This document shows, in pieces, positions 27,206-40,900 of a DNA stretch of 64,000 nucleotides (positions are counted from its first letter, which is position 1; each line of letters starts with the position of its first letter). The stretch is taken from positions 372,001-436,000 of the forward strand of contig JASANG010002537.1 in the NCBI GenBank assembly GCA_030248215.1, read 5' to 3'. The notes beneath the pieces were generated by a model. It saw only the letters and a program-made list of their open reading frames with translations. It had not been told where the DNA came from and did no database searches. The DNA comes from Enoplolaimus lenunculus (taxonomy: Eukaryota). Position numbers and translations under genes: made by a program.

Positions 27206-30033
27206 TCAAAGTTCAACTGTAGTTTCATTTGAACACGGGCACATTTGAACAGTTGAAGACGTTGAAGCCAACTGCATGATCATTGCCAAATATGTGACAA
27301 TAACTGAAGCCATCTGAAATCAGGTTCAAATAAATGTTTAATTAGGAAATGCTGTAAACCAATTAATTTTTGGAATCTATTATGTAAGATGGGAAAAAAG
27401 GAAAACGTACGGAAGTTCCTTGTTAAATGTCGATTTTTGTAGTAACGAGCATTAATAAAGCTAACCGTCTACGATACGCAATTTGGGAATCATTCAAGCA
27501 TGTTTCAATGTAACCGCTGTGTACCTGTGTACTATTGTCGCACCGTGAACTTGTTTGTGGTATTTTAAAAATTCGTGGACCTCGCTATACCTTGGAAAAT
27601 GCGTTTTAGTTTTTAAAGTGGTTCTAATTTTCTAATAGCTATCAATATACTTTTAAGCATGAAAAAACTAACCAGCGCGCCCGTAGCCAGCTTACTTTGC
27701 TAGGTGGTAGGTCTGAAAATTTTTGCAGGAGGGGCATACAAGGATTTTCGACGACTTAGAGGCAAAGTTGAAACTTTTCTAAGGGACCAAATTGTTTCGA
27801 AGTGGGCTGTACACGCGATGCCTCCGTTTGGCTTCCGGCCCGTTAACCAGCTCTAGAATAAAAGTTACCGTTAAAAGAACACCACGTGAGATGACGACGA
27901 AATTTCCAGCGGTAATAGCGACTTTGTTGTTTGCTGCTTGATCTATGAGTGCCGTTAGCTCGCTATCGTCATCGCTTAGGTTCTGAAAATATTATTTACT
28001 ATCCCGAAAGCTAAGGTGTTTCAGCGTGGAAAAGCAAATTTCAGTCCAAGAACTAGCAAGTGGCTATTCAACTTATTCTCTACGTTTCGCTTAACGCGTA
28101 ATATGACGACATTATAAAACATTTAAAGACAGATATTGAATAACCCTTTCTCAACTGAATATTTTCTATTATACCTGAGGCATATGGATTCTTGACATAC
28201 ACTATAAATTCCAGTGATTTGATTTTAACTCAGAATAATTTGAATCCACTCACAAGTGTGAGCTCTGAATTAAGTCTTTCAGAACTCAGAATTAGTGTTC
28301 TGAAACTAGGGCACATGAATGTAATGACTCATTGAACATTGTACCACTTTCGTAATAAGGAAATGTGCCAAACTGTGCTATAACTATTTGTAATACCTAC
28401 TGTAGTGACCCGAATATGAAAGGGGGACTGATACTTATTTGGCCTCTCCAGAGGGTACCTCCCCCTGTTATTCGGTTATGGACTCTTATTTATTTTAACC
28501 CACGCTCCGTCGTCCTTCGTTTACTGTAACATCGGTAATGCAACTATCCACTGAATAAAACGTTTATTTGTCTTGTGTCAATACCTTGAGCGATATATAA
28601 TGCAAGGTTATACTTAGAAATGTACTTTCAAAACATAAGTATGCCTTAGTTTCGAACTCAACTTTATTTAATCCTGGAGTCATTTATGTGCTACAATTAG
28701 GGATAATTGTCATTTATGGACTCTAATTAGGGTTTAGGGACTCTATCCGGATACGCACTCTTATTAGGGATACGCACTCCTATTGATTGGTACTCTAAAT
28801 GGGACCCCCTCTATTACCCCTCCCCATATTATTCGGGTCAGTACAGTATACCTTATGCAGTCGCTCGTTCTCGGCTACTTGGTCCAATCTTTGACTCCGT
28901 TTCTCAAGTACAATATCAATACATTTGTACAAATCATCATTCACCGTTGCAGCAGGTAAATTAACAATTGCAGTACTGAACACAAATAACATTGTGTACT
29001 GCGCATATGCAAGGCGAGTAGCGCTAACGGTCACCTCTAAAATCAACATATTTGCACCAATAATTAAAACCAGCAACGAATTACACACCACATAATACCA
29101 CGCCCATTGTGAATCGACAAGTTTAACGAAATTTAAAATTTCACATAACGCTTGCCTTGCCCATCTGGCTCCGGTGGAATTTAAAATTAATTTATCGCTA
29201 GCCAGTTTTGCGTAGAACGCACGAATACAAACAATAATCAGCGAAACAATGTACGCTTGTAAGATACTGCACGCAAACATTGATGCATGAGCGTACACCA
29301 GCAGAATTGAAAGTGATCTGAGTGCCCGTGGTTCCCGGAGACCAAAGAGACTAATTTTTGCCGGAGACGGAATTATTTCAAATGCGATTAGCATCATAGA
29401 TGCGGCGTCAATAAACAAAAGGATTAGCGCAACTGCAACCATAACTTGGAAAACGCGATCCATGCGAGCGAAATACTTAGCAGACAGCTTTTTAGCCGGA
29501 CAGCAACGGGGTGTTTCTTGGTCATGAGTGCCGGTTTGTTTCTTCGTTTCGTCTAATCGGTTGCCAAAATTTGCACTAGGGACAGAATTAACCTGGGCGG
29601 AATTGACATCAGACACGGACAACTGTTCGGTCTTGTCTTCTTGGTTGCCATTCGAAGTTAAGGTTCCTAAACAACGACCAAACTGGAAGCTGAACTCGCT
29701 GAGATTTCGGGTTCGAAGGACACACCATAACCAGCTGAATCCGCAAAGCGTAGAGTGAAAAAACCAAATCATTACACTCACTGACTGTACGTTGAACCTG
29801 CCAAAATTTGCTAAGAAACCAAACGAATAGATGTTAATTGACAACACTAGTGCACCCACAACAACGGTATACCAGCAATGGATAATGCGAAGGATTTTAG
29901 ACCGAAATAGTGGAACAGATAAGCAACCGGAAACGGCGGCAAAATACAGCGCAGAACGACCGTGGCGAAAAAAAGGACATTTTCGGTCGAACGACAGTCG
30001 GTCAGATATGAAAAATTTGCCAAATTTAGCCAT
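27206..30033 (-). CDS. Gustatory receptor-like 7TM chemoreceptor/ion channel, paralogue 2 (467 aa); exons 28852-30033, 27869-27982, 27206-27313
   Basis: First exon of 394 codons ending AAG|GTATAC. Exon 2 is NLSDDDSELTALIDQAANNKVAITAGNFVVISRGVLLT (114 bp, same length as in paralogue 1). Exon 3 is MASVIVTYLAMIMQLASTSSTVQMCPCSNETTVEL*, containing the GR motif TYxxxxxQL. Alignable to paralogue 1 (GCL..PLF.S, WFF...LC..SW.WC, PAKISLF, QAY, RWAR, QW.WY). Confidence 0.88.
28400..28846 (-). mobile_element. 447-bp TA-TSD MITE (CTGTAGTGACCCGAATA family) in GR paralogue 2 intron 1
   Basis: TA|CTGTAGTGACCCGAATA ... TATTCGGGTCAGTACAG|TA. The body is homologous to copies at 40643, 49251, 49775 and 53356. 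Confidence 0.88.
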
Positions 30034-31461
30034 AGTTTAGATCGGAATTAATAATTGGTTACATATTACTAGAAACCACAAAATATTCAACGAAAGTGCG
30101 AATCTATATCGTAGGCGAAAAATTCGTTGAATTAAGCTGTGCCTACTTTATCAGATATTTTATAGAAGAAGTCGATGGATTATTACAGAGTATGCTAACT
30201 GCATCTTAACAGCTAATCTACTATAAAAACCGTTACGAGGAATTGCGAAAAGAGTTGATGGAAAAAATATCGAAAAATACGACTAAATTTACTCGGTGTA
30301 GCCTATAAAACGTGCTGCCCATACGGCATCAATCAATGTTTCGCTCTACTTGTAGATCAAAAACCTGTAATTGATTTTGAGCTGGTTTATGAAAATGAAG
30401 TTTCAAGAAAAAATTTGTAGCACTAAAATCAGCAACAACCGTAAACACTGGTTGATCGAACGGTTTTTAAAATACTGGTTGCACAAAATTACTATCACTT
30501 TGTTCAGACAAAATATGAAAGTGAACATTTATAAACAATGATGTGAAATACTTCCACATATACAGCAATTAGCAATATTTGCGTTACCAAAATGGAACGG
30601 AGTTCAACATTTTACAATTAGGCCGTTTTTGGAAATCTGGGCATTTGAAACCTAATAGTCAAAATCAATTTTGCGTTATCAATCGAAATATTTCTGGTCT
30701 AGTAGCACTGAAATTGGCAACCAAAAGGATTTGCGGAGTTATCTGAGCTGCCGATTACATAGCAATTCAAACTGTAGCGGCAGCATGCAGACGCGTTAAA
30801 ATATTTACCCTTGGAATTCGCAGATGGTTTACTAATATTTAACAACGAGTGTCTCTATCTGTCAGAACAAAATTGAATTAGGATGCGTTCCCAGTGACTT
30901 AAATACTGGTTATTTGGAATACGACCTATTTAATGCCGTGTTTTCTTTTGCGACATGTTATAGCTTTTATTCTCTTTTTCAAATGTTTATTTTAAAAAAA
31001 CAACCCATGAAGGTTTGTCTAACTTCGTTCAATATGTAGGTAAAAATTACGCGATCTTGTCTATCCTGAACAATGTCATTTTCGATTGCATTTCTGTGCT
31101 CAAAACTGCTTATTTGTATAGGCCATTAAGAACTTTTAATATTAATAAAAACGTTTGTAAGATTTTAGTTCTTTTCTTTTTAACACGCACAATATTCAAA
31201 GAAATATTTTAGCTTAGCAACAAATCTGAACTCAGTTGAAAATATTTCATACCTCACAGCTTGTTGGCGATTGTTGCACGAATTTAAACCTATTGTTAAA
31301 GTGAACATAAATGTTATTCCATAGACTGCTCCTATATTTGTACTTGGGTTCTGTATATCAAATGAAAACCGGCACTTAATGTAATAATAATTCAAGAACA
31401 AAAGTTTGCTAATTGCATTACCAAGACCATAATCAAACAGCCGCTTTTGCAGTTATACGAA

Positions 31462-31586
31462 CACTGCAAAAATTGGTGAATCAAATTGACTCTTTCTGAG
31501 GCTTTTCCAGACTACACAAACTACGTCAAGGTCGACTCCGCCAGAGTCAAATTCGGCTCACTGATAACTCACCATTTTTTGCAGTG
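31462..31586. mobile_element. Short CAC-ended MITE
   Basis: TIR CACTGCAAAAATTGGTGA / TCACCATTTTTTGCAGTG. Confidence 0.65.
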
Positions 31587-34500
31587 TTGCATGGAATTCG
31601 ATACGTCGAAACTACTTCAAGCTTAGAGGCTTTCAAGCAAATGACTTAAAACCGTAACAGTAAAATCAGAAGGAATATGATATGAATCAAACGTGATTTA
31701 TAATTACAAAAGAGTCGTAGCCAGGAATTTGATTTCGAGAAAAAATACCGCGTCTAAAAGTTTTGCGGGATCGAGCTTAGCGAACGAGAAAATGTTTTCC
31801 GACCTGTGCAGCTAATCAAATGTCTGTATAGTATACCCTTTTCGAGTCTTTCCAAAAAAGTTTAGAAGATATATCCCACGATCCACCTTTGTATACACCC
31901 CTGAAAGGCAATGCCCAAACCACCCAATACGCATACAGAACGAAACAGCTGCGGTACAATTCATTTGTGATCGTCTAATATTACCGCTACAGATACCTGT
32001 TTTAATAAAATAGGTTTCAGGTACTCTTGTTTGTATTGTACAGTCAAGCAACCTAAAATGGTGACCGGCAAACAATTTAACGGAATACTTGCTTGAAGGT
32101 GATGTTAAACGGCTGAACAATGAAACTTTAGATCACAATATTCAACCAATACCTAATATACGAATGAAAAGCTCGGAGCAAAACCTCTTTTGTAGGTCAG
32201 CAGACACACCATTGAATTTAAAACTAGTATGCGAGTCCGCTGTGAACAAATCAGTCCTGAAACGCGGTCCATGGCAGGTTGAAAGTCCAACTACGTGGTC
32301 TTACGACCAATTAAGTGTCACAACCTCCGCTCTTGTTTACAGGTACATTACCGGATAACAAACGTAATGCAGTACATTGCTCCATGTCGTATTTGTTTCA
32401 AAGAAGAAATAACCATCGAGATATGGTATTTTTAGTGTCGTTATGTTTACGGATTGCATTTCATGCATAGCTTTTGAATTTGAGATTTATTGCATTTAAG
32501 GTTGCTAAGCATCAGGTGTTGATAACAGTTTGAATACGTTGCGAAAACATAAACAACGTAACTTTTTATTTTCAATAGATCTTCGCACTGTTAACTAAAT
32601 AGATTTCAGCTGCAACTTGTCGTTAAATTTTAAATTTAGCTTTTGCGCAATAATAATAAATCTTAGAAACCGCTCTCAAACGCTTTGTAAATTTACGAGA
32701 TTGTTGAAAATGCTTTTCTATTTCAGAAAACTTTGGATGCCTTGAAAAAAAATTACCACGCCCTTTGTTATGATGAATAAAATTTGCGACAAAATTTAGT
32801 AAAATCAGCTGTGAATCGAAAACTAATACTTTAATAAAAATGTGCTTTTGAGCAAAAGAAAATATAATAGCCAACTCAACGCTCATACCTATTTTGCCAT
32901 TTGTGAGAAAAATGAAATGTAGGCAACATTTAGTAAAAGACCAATAGACCAAAAATTTTCCATACCTAAACGATTATTTGGTTGAGCAAAACGAAATATA
33001 ATAGCTAAAATCACTCTCTTGCGTAATTTGTCGTTGTTGTCTAAAGCGAATTTTAGGTAAAACTTCAGTTAGAGAGCAAACGCATTTTCTTACTTTAGCG
33101 ATTGTTACGATGACCAAAAATAATAACCGTAATCGTGGTCGCCTATTTTTGTCATTTTTGGACAATACAGTATCGAAAAATTTCGTTATTGTTCAGCGTT
33201 TGACAATAACGTCAACTTTTGCTTTTTACAAGTGTCGTAACGGACGGTAAAATACCAATTTAGGACGTAAGCAAGGTTTTAGTCCATGCAGACTTGTAAA
33301 TTGTTATGGTTGGTTTGGAAAATCTACTTTTCATTTTGTAGTTCAAAGTCGATATACAAAAATTTGCAAAGCGTTTCTTAGAATTATCACCACGGTGTAA
33401 TGGTCTCGCGGCACAGCGTTCACAGATTTTCAATTTTGTGGTGTAGTTTAAACAGTCAAAGCTATAAGATTTTGGTTCATTTAAGACTAGAATGTTTGAG
33501 AACATTGAGGGTTGATTCAAACCTGTATTACTGTTGTGCTTTCTGCGTAGTTGGTGCGTTTACAAAATTCTGAGAAATTTAATAAATGGTTGAGCAGAGC
33601 AGTTTATTATTCTAAATGTCGCCTACACACAACATGAATTGTTTTAACATATCAAGACTCCTCTTTTCTTAAGTTTTCAACACATAAATGTCTTGAATTT
33701 CAGAAATTAATTGCATTAAACAGTTCGCAAATTCGTTTCCTTAATGGTTAAAACATAAATGTCTTATGTTCAAGAAATTGTTATTACCAGTTTATAGCAC
33801 ACGAATTTCTTCCTTTCAAGAAATACTTGTCTTGCATTCAATAATTAATTTTCTGTTTTATGTACAAAAAAGAGTTGATCTATTTATATTCTTAAAAGTG
33901 TATATAAATAACCGAATTTCAAAGATATTTCGGTTTGAGCTCAGATTTTCCGAATTTCAGTTTGCGCCTTGGACGTATTATCTTAAGTTGTAAAATTAGG
34001 GTATTTTGTTGATTTTAAAAATATTTGTCTTATATTTCAGAAATATTTGTCTTAATAGTTCATAAAACAAACTTTTAAGTTTAAGACATTTGAGTGTGAA
34101 ATATTTCAGACCCATATTTCTGAAAAATGTAAAAAAATACAAGTGGTGAATTTGAAACATATATGTCAGGAGTCTGTATTTAGACATAATTTTCTTAAAT
34201 TTCAAACAATATTTCTGGAATACAACACAATTTATTTTCTGTGTATGTCATGTATAACTGATTGCAAAGACACAGAGACAGGGGACCTAGAGAATGGTAA
34301 GCTTAGGCGTAGGCTTACGTTTAGGATTAGCATTAATAGGCTTAGGAAGCCTTATACTCAATATCCCGGTCCCAATTGTTAACTTGGGTCCTAATTTTTA
34401 GTAAAATGATCAGTATATTTTCTTGCAAGACATATCGATCAATAACTAAGAAATTTTTCTCAATTTGGTTGCGTAATTTCGTTAACAAAATTGAATTTCC

Positions 34501-34939
34501 TCAGTAAATTATTGAAAACATTTATATCCTACTTAATAGACCAAAACCAGTCGCGTAGCTTTTCAGTGTGTTCAACGTTGTCTCAAAATTTTTGTCTTAA
34601 ACTAAACGCCGGAAGTGACATTAGCACGCAATAGGCACGAAACAGCGGGACAATTTGAAATAGTGAAGCATAACTGCAGAAAAAATATATAGTAAGAAGG
34701 CTAATATACTATGGCAAAGAATGCTGCAAGCATGGGCGCAGTGAGGATTGCATTTTGGAAGGCCACTGCAATCTATATATACGATGCAGAAGTGAAATGA
34801 ATGTCAATTTTAAATTTTAACTTAAACAGCCTATTCGATTTTTGTAAGGTTCCAATTGTGACAAGTTAATTGTAAACAATGCTGTACTTTTAAGACTAAG
34901 TATAGTTAATTAAATCATATTTTGTTTATTTTTAAAATC

Positions 34940-37900
34940 ATGCAGAATGCAGTTGTACTTTTATTGTCTTTGGTAAGTGACAGTAATCACGGGAAACGCT
35001 AACATATTTAAGTTTTGATATCGCAAAACCTGCCAAACACATTATTATCTGGGGTGCACATGTTTTACGGTTGATTTTACAAAAACAATATTTTTTGCTG
35101 AAACATGATTGTCTCAGCATCCGCAGCGCAAGATCGTTGCCTTCCGAATATATTTTATGCCATGAAAATTGTTTTGGCACCCATATTTAATGGTACAATT
35201 TTTGTTTATGTCTTTCTCAACAGTACGGTGTAAACGGATAAGTAAAAGAGTCGGTAAAAGAATAACGGAAACGGAAACCGATAGTGATAAATATAATGGA
35301 AACGGTAAACGGATATTGCAGTATAAACCTTTCAAACGTGTTTTAGTTTTTATCAACACAATTGACACATACAAGTATTCATAACTATTATTTCATACAG
35401 AACAATTGCAGCATAATTTTAAGCATAAAAATAGTGGAATTTCTAGTATTTCTTATAAGGAAACGGAAAAGCAAAACCAACATGGATTTTACATTTTAAA
35501 CGGAAACTGATATGCGGTTACACCCTGCTAACCATGGATGGCAACCAAAATTTGGTATAATAAGATTTACTAAAATTGCGACTAATTTGTCGCTGCGTTC
35601 GCCATAGTTTTTTTCGCCAAATTAGGGGCCATGGCCCCTAAAATTGGCGATTGGCCCCTAGCCAAAAATTACTCTAAAGCTTAAACAGACTCTATTAAAC
35701 CCCATCCGGAAAACGATCCGGCCCTGTTCTATACATGGGCCATTTTTCGTAATATAAATGGGCAACGGATACCGATAGCTCCAAGTATGAAAAAAATTTA
35801 AATATCCGACGCCCGTCACTGCGGTTTAAGTACGTTTTGTTTTGTGACGAGTTTGTAAATTTAGGTCATGATCAACAAAGCTGAAACGATTTTGCAACAT
35901 GAAAAATGTTCCGACTGCTTTGAAGGTGATATGCGATTAAGTCCGGCACAAATGGACGATATTGAAAATCAACGAAATGGTCGGGCACACGCCGCCATCA
36001 AAGGTCAGACTTTTGGATTTATGCGCAATTTATATATAATGTAGGAGTTCTTTGAATTGCTCAACAGGCTTGAGGTTCCGGATCCAAACTGCAAAATTGC
36101 CATCGTTCAGTGCTTAAAGTTTTAATCCACGACCCGAATCGGCGGTCTGCCACTGACGGACCGGTCAGTTACAAGCCACAATTGGTTCGATCCAGTGTTA
36201 TACCGCGAACCCATCTGTTTTTTCGGTCCAGTCCACAGCACTAATCTACAACACCCTAATATATTTGACGAATCGCAGTTACATATCAAATATTGTTTGA
36301 TGTTGTAAAAGCGAAACAGGATCAGCTGTACTGGCACCGATTATCCATCAGCCAATATGTAAACTGCCAGTGAGTTCTAACGACATGACTATGTGTGTTG
36401 CAGATACCACCATTTGAACTGATTTTTCAACTAACTAAACAACTCTGTGAAAAAACTAAAGCTTAAAAAAATCTCTTCGTAGTTCGCTTTTCCTTAAAAA
36501 ATCTTCAGTTACTGTCTTTCAAATGTTTACTGGTATAGAAATTGTGTGACTTTTCAAGTTTTGCAATATTTGCTAAATGAATCTCGACAATTTGTTGCAG
36601 GTTACCGTTATCGATGGAAAAACGGTGTGCTCCCGTACACATTGAGCGCATCGCTAAGTTCAAAGGCAAAACGAGCTATTCGTGGTGCAATCCTACAATA
36701 CGACAGATTTACTTGCATAAAAATAGTACTTATTTTCCGTTTATTTCGTATTTTTTCGCGTTGCAATTAAAATTTAGTAGTTGGTATGCCGGCAGAAATA
36801 CGGCAGCTATATCTATGTATAGCACGACAATTCGTCAACTGACAACTTTCAACTGGTAACTTGTCATACGAAATTTGGCCCATGTTACACTCAAAATAAT
36901 ATTTCTGATATTTAAGAAAAAAATTTTTACATTTGAGAAATATGATTAGCAAGGTGCACTTGAAAAGTATTTCTGTTATAACAAAAATGTTTTCAAAAAA
37001 CGTTTTGAAATAAAGTCTGAAAATAAACGTTTTCCAGTTATTTTTAGAAAAATTGTCTTAAATATCACCAAAACTTTTCAGATTTGCCACAGAAAACACT
37101 TTTCTGAATAAATTCAGAAATACTTTTTTGTGTGTACTTTAAGGGGCGTCCAGGTTTCGAGTGGGTCTATAAAATAGTAGGTTTAGATTCTAGATTATAT
37201 TTTTTGCTTAGGCTCAAGCTTAGGCTTAGGCTTAGGTCTTAGGAACTCATTTTTGCAACGCTTAGGCTTAGGCTTAGGAATACACTTAATCTGCTGTAGT
37301 ACGCCCCTTGAAGTAACATTGGCCGGAAATTTGACCGACTCGGCAATTTGATGTCTATCACTATGCTTAAGCTTAAAATCCTGTCGGGTTAGAGATTATT
37401 GCGTTCGATGAACTGTCGTAGATACCGCTACCATACTTCAGCATGTATCTAAGGATTTATGACCCGTCCAAGAACATTTTGAGCAACCTTAAAACGACGT
37501 TTTTCGACATTTTATCATATCTGCTGTGGTTTCATAATAAACCACAACAAAACAACATAATGTTCAAAATTTCAAAGTCATGATAGGATCAAACGGTGAA
37601 ATAAACGGAAACTAGAATTTACAGGTTTCTAACTGTCGGTTCATGTTACGAAAATATACAACATGAAATTTGAATATACAAAATATAACATCAGCGAGCC
37701 TATGTAATTTTTGATGTGTGATACTTGGTTTGCTTTTTGATTGCTGTATATTCACAGAAATTTTATTTAGTGCAATTTCAAAAGTAACTGTATAGTAGTG
37801 ATACAGGACCTATATTTTGCAGAAAAACATTGAATTGATATTTCTAAAACGCATTAGTTCTGCATAACAAAAACTCTGTTTGAAAAGAAAAGTGTTTGGG

Positions 37901-40900
37901 GTTTAAACTGTTGCTTTAGAATTATGGTTCCGTAAGTCGGCCCATGTATAGAACACGGCTGGATCGTTTTTCAGAGAGGCTATAATAGAGTCAGTTTAAG
38001 CTTTAGACAATTTTTTTGCTTAGGCTTAAGCTTATTCTTAATAATAGGCTCATCCGTACGCTTAGGTTTAGGCTTAGGCTCAGGAATAGGCTCATCCATA
38101 CGCTTATGTTTAGGCTAACGCTTAGGAATAGGTTCATCCATACGCTTAGACTTGGGCGTAGGCGTAGGCTTAGGCGTAGGAATATGCTTATACTACTGTT
38201 CCGGCCCTGTTCTATACGGGCCTGTTATGGTAGAAAGATAAATAAATAGCCTGTTTTCGATTATGTATGACGTTTTCAGCGTCCAAAACAACGAAAAGAC
38301 AAGGTGTATGTTGAATTTTTTAAAGGCTACGGCTGCTGGTCACATGTCGGAAAGAAACAGCCGTTTGGGAAACAATTTATATCTATTGGTAATGCATTAA
38401 TACTTTTGGTTCAGCTCTATGCACAACAGTGGCGTACGGAGTGATTTGGATTAGGGTGAGGGCACATACGGCCAGGTCCGTGCGATTTGTTTCCATCTAA
38501 AAGTAAACTTCGAACCCTTTAGCAGTGACGGGTGTGAATTTTGTTGGCGGGATATATGACGTTGGTCACGCTCTTGTACTGGGCTCCGAGACTAATCTCG
38601 GAGTTCTCTTTTAGGTTCTCTCAATTTTTAACGGGCAGGGTACTGGTCCAAGCCGAGTGGTCCGCTACGTGAGAACGACTTACGACTTAAAAATGCCGCG
38701 AGCGAACTGAGCAAAAAGCTAATCGCTATTGTCTTTAACTCTCGTAACAAACAGCAGAACTTCAGTTTGCAGTCTCTGTAGGCATGTTTTAGGAACATTT
38801 ATACTGAGTTTCAAACAATTCGCTAGCGAAGCGAGCGAGAAGCTATGCATTGTTTCAGTACTAACCCCCCTTGTAACAGTCTCAAAACGTTTGTTTATTC
38901 GTGAACTGCGAGATCTGAAGCAGCAAACCGAAATCTTCCGGTTTACCGCTTGCATTTTGAAGCGTGCGCAATTTTTTCTTACAATGTTTAATTTTGAGCT
39001 GGTCAGATTGTGGAATTTGACTTTGATGTCATCCTCTGAACGGCACCGTAGGCAAAATTTTTAAAAATTGAACAATGTAGAAGTTCGCAAACGAGGCGGG
39101 CTGGAAGCCAATGCGTAATTGTTGTATCTAATTTAGAAACACGGATCTGCGATATGTAAGACTTAAAACCTTGAAATTTGATGTTTAAAACATATCAGTC
39201 TTAGAAACACAGACAGGAGCCGAAGCCCAACCCAATGCTCTATGTCTACAGCCTAAGACTCATCTTAGTTGTGAGCTTAGGTTGGGAGAAAGCCTTGTCT
39301 CGACCGGAATTACCACTGAAATTCGATTGCCTATGTGCACTTTTAAGAGTAGAAACGGAACAACTCTCATCTATATGCAGTAAAATCATGACAACTATTT
39401 CTTGAAAATACGAAATTGCATCTTATAATTTGACAATATATAGTAATTTCTTGAATGTACGAAATTTAAGTCTGAATTAATTCAGACACGAATTTATGAT
39501 CTTGTTAAGAGTATTTATGCCTGAAATTCTAAACGTTTAGTCTTAAAAATTTAAGAATGCAAAGATTCTTGATATCTCAAAAAAAATGTTTGTGTGCTGG
39601 TAGGGCCATTGCAAACTTTTTATTACTGCAGGGTCGGTCTAACTTCAACCAAAACAGTTTGAGAAAGAAGGCAGAAAGCGAAAATGTGTCCGCTATATCC
39701 GTAAAGTAATAATTATGCCTATTATGACATAGATCCATGAACGAATTTTGATAAACATACAGCCGCTGTATTTCGTTGCTTTATGCGCCTTTATTTGTAT
39801 TTTTATCTTAGCTCCAAAAACCCAATTATGTTAGATAATGGCAACTCCATCGCTTAACCCTGTTGTTATTATTATTAGCATCTCGTTCGGTTCTCTTGTC
39901 AGCTTTAGGTATCTACCATTATATACTGCGTTTTTGCGCACGTTTCCCTCCCTGTTTAACATCAGCAGTTTCGCCGTTGGATGATTCCATACACACAGCT
40001 CAATTTCACTGATCATGGAGAGCGGTTCAGATACCATGACTCAGATTGTGTTTGGAGATGTACAAGATTCCTTGGTTTTAATTTGCTGTTTCAGGCAATG
40101 GCTGTGAAGACGTTGGGACGGTGACTCACGAAATTCTTCACGCACTTGGAATGTATCACGAACAGTCGCGACCCGATCGAGACAAGCACATTCGCGTTAA
40201 TGTCAACAATATCAAACCACAAGAAATCCATAACTTTGATAAATATACAACCGAAATTGATACGTTAAATATGCCGTATGATTACATGTCAATAATGCAT
40301 TACGGACCACATGCGTTTGCAAAGGAGTAAGTTTCCATGAACATTTCCGGCTTTTATACACTTTTCTCAACATTCAAGGTTAAGGCTTAGGTTTAGAAAA
40401 ATGCTAACCTTTGATAAATATTAAACTGAGGTTGATGCGATAAATATGACGTACGATTTATTGCACGTCAATAAAACAATACGGACCAGACACGCTTGCA
40501 AAAAAGTAATCAGCATTTCGGGCAAAATCAATACAGCAGCGTTTTAACCCAGTTGGCCGGTTTGACAGTGTCTTGTTTCTAGTTTCTCCACAAATTTTGG
40601 TACACAATAGATTGCCATTGCTTCTACCGCTCCACTTGCGCACTGTAGTGACCCAAATAAGAGGGTGTGGGGTAATAAGAGGGGGTTCGCATTTTGAATC
40701 GCAACAAATACGAGTCCGTATCCCTAATAAGAGGCCGTAAGCGCATAGAATCCTGAAATCCTAATTAGAGTCCATGAAAGTCAGATATTCGGAATTGTAG
40801 TGCATAAATGACTGCAGGACCAAATAAAATTGAGTTCGAATGCGTAAGGCATCCTGAAATTTTGAAAGTACATTCCTAAGTATAACCTTGCATGATCGCT

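Noticed and set aside
28795..28851. C-terminus VYCTDPNNMGRGNRGGPI of the 412-aa ORF
   Set aside because: It is read-through into intron 1 and the MITE TIR. The true C-terminus is on downstream exons.
38016..38249. LRLRLR / LSLSLS / PKPKP ORFs (also at 15692, 25094, 45711, 47927)
   Set aside because: They are translations of TTAGGC arrays inside MITEs.
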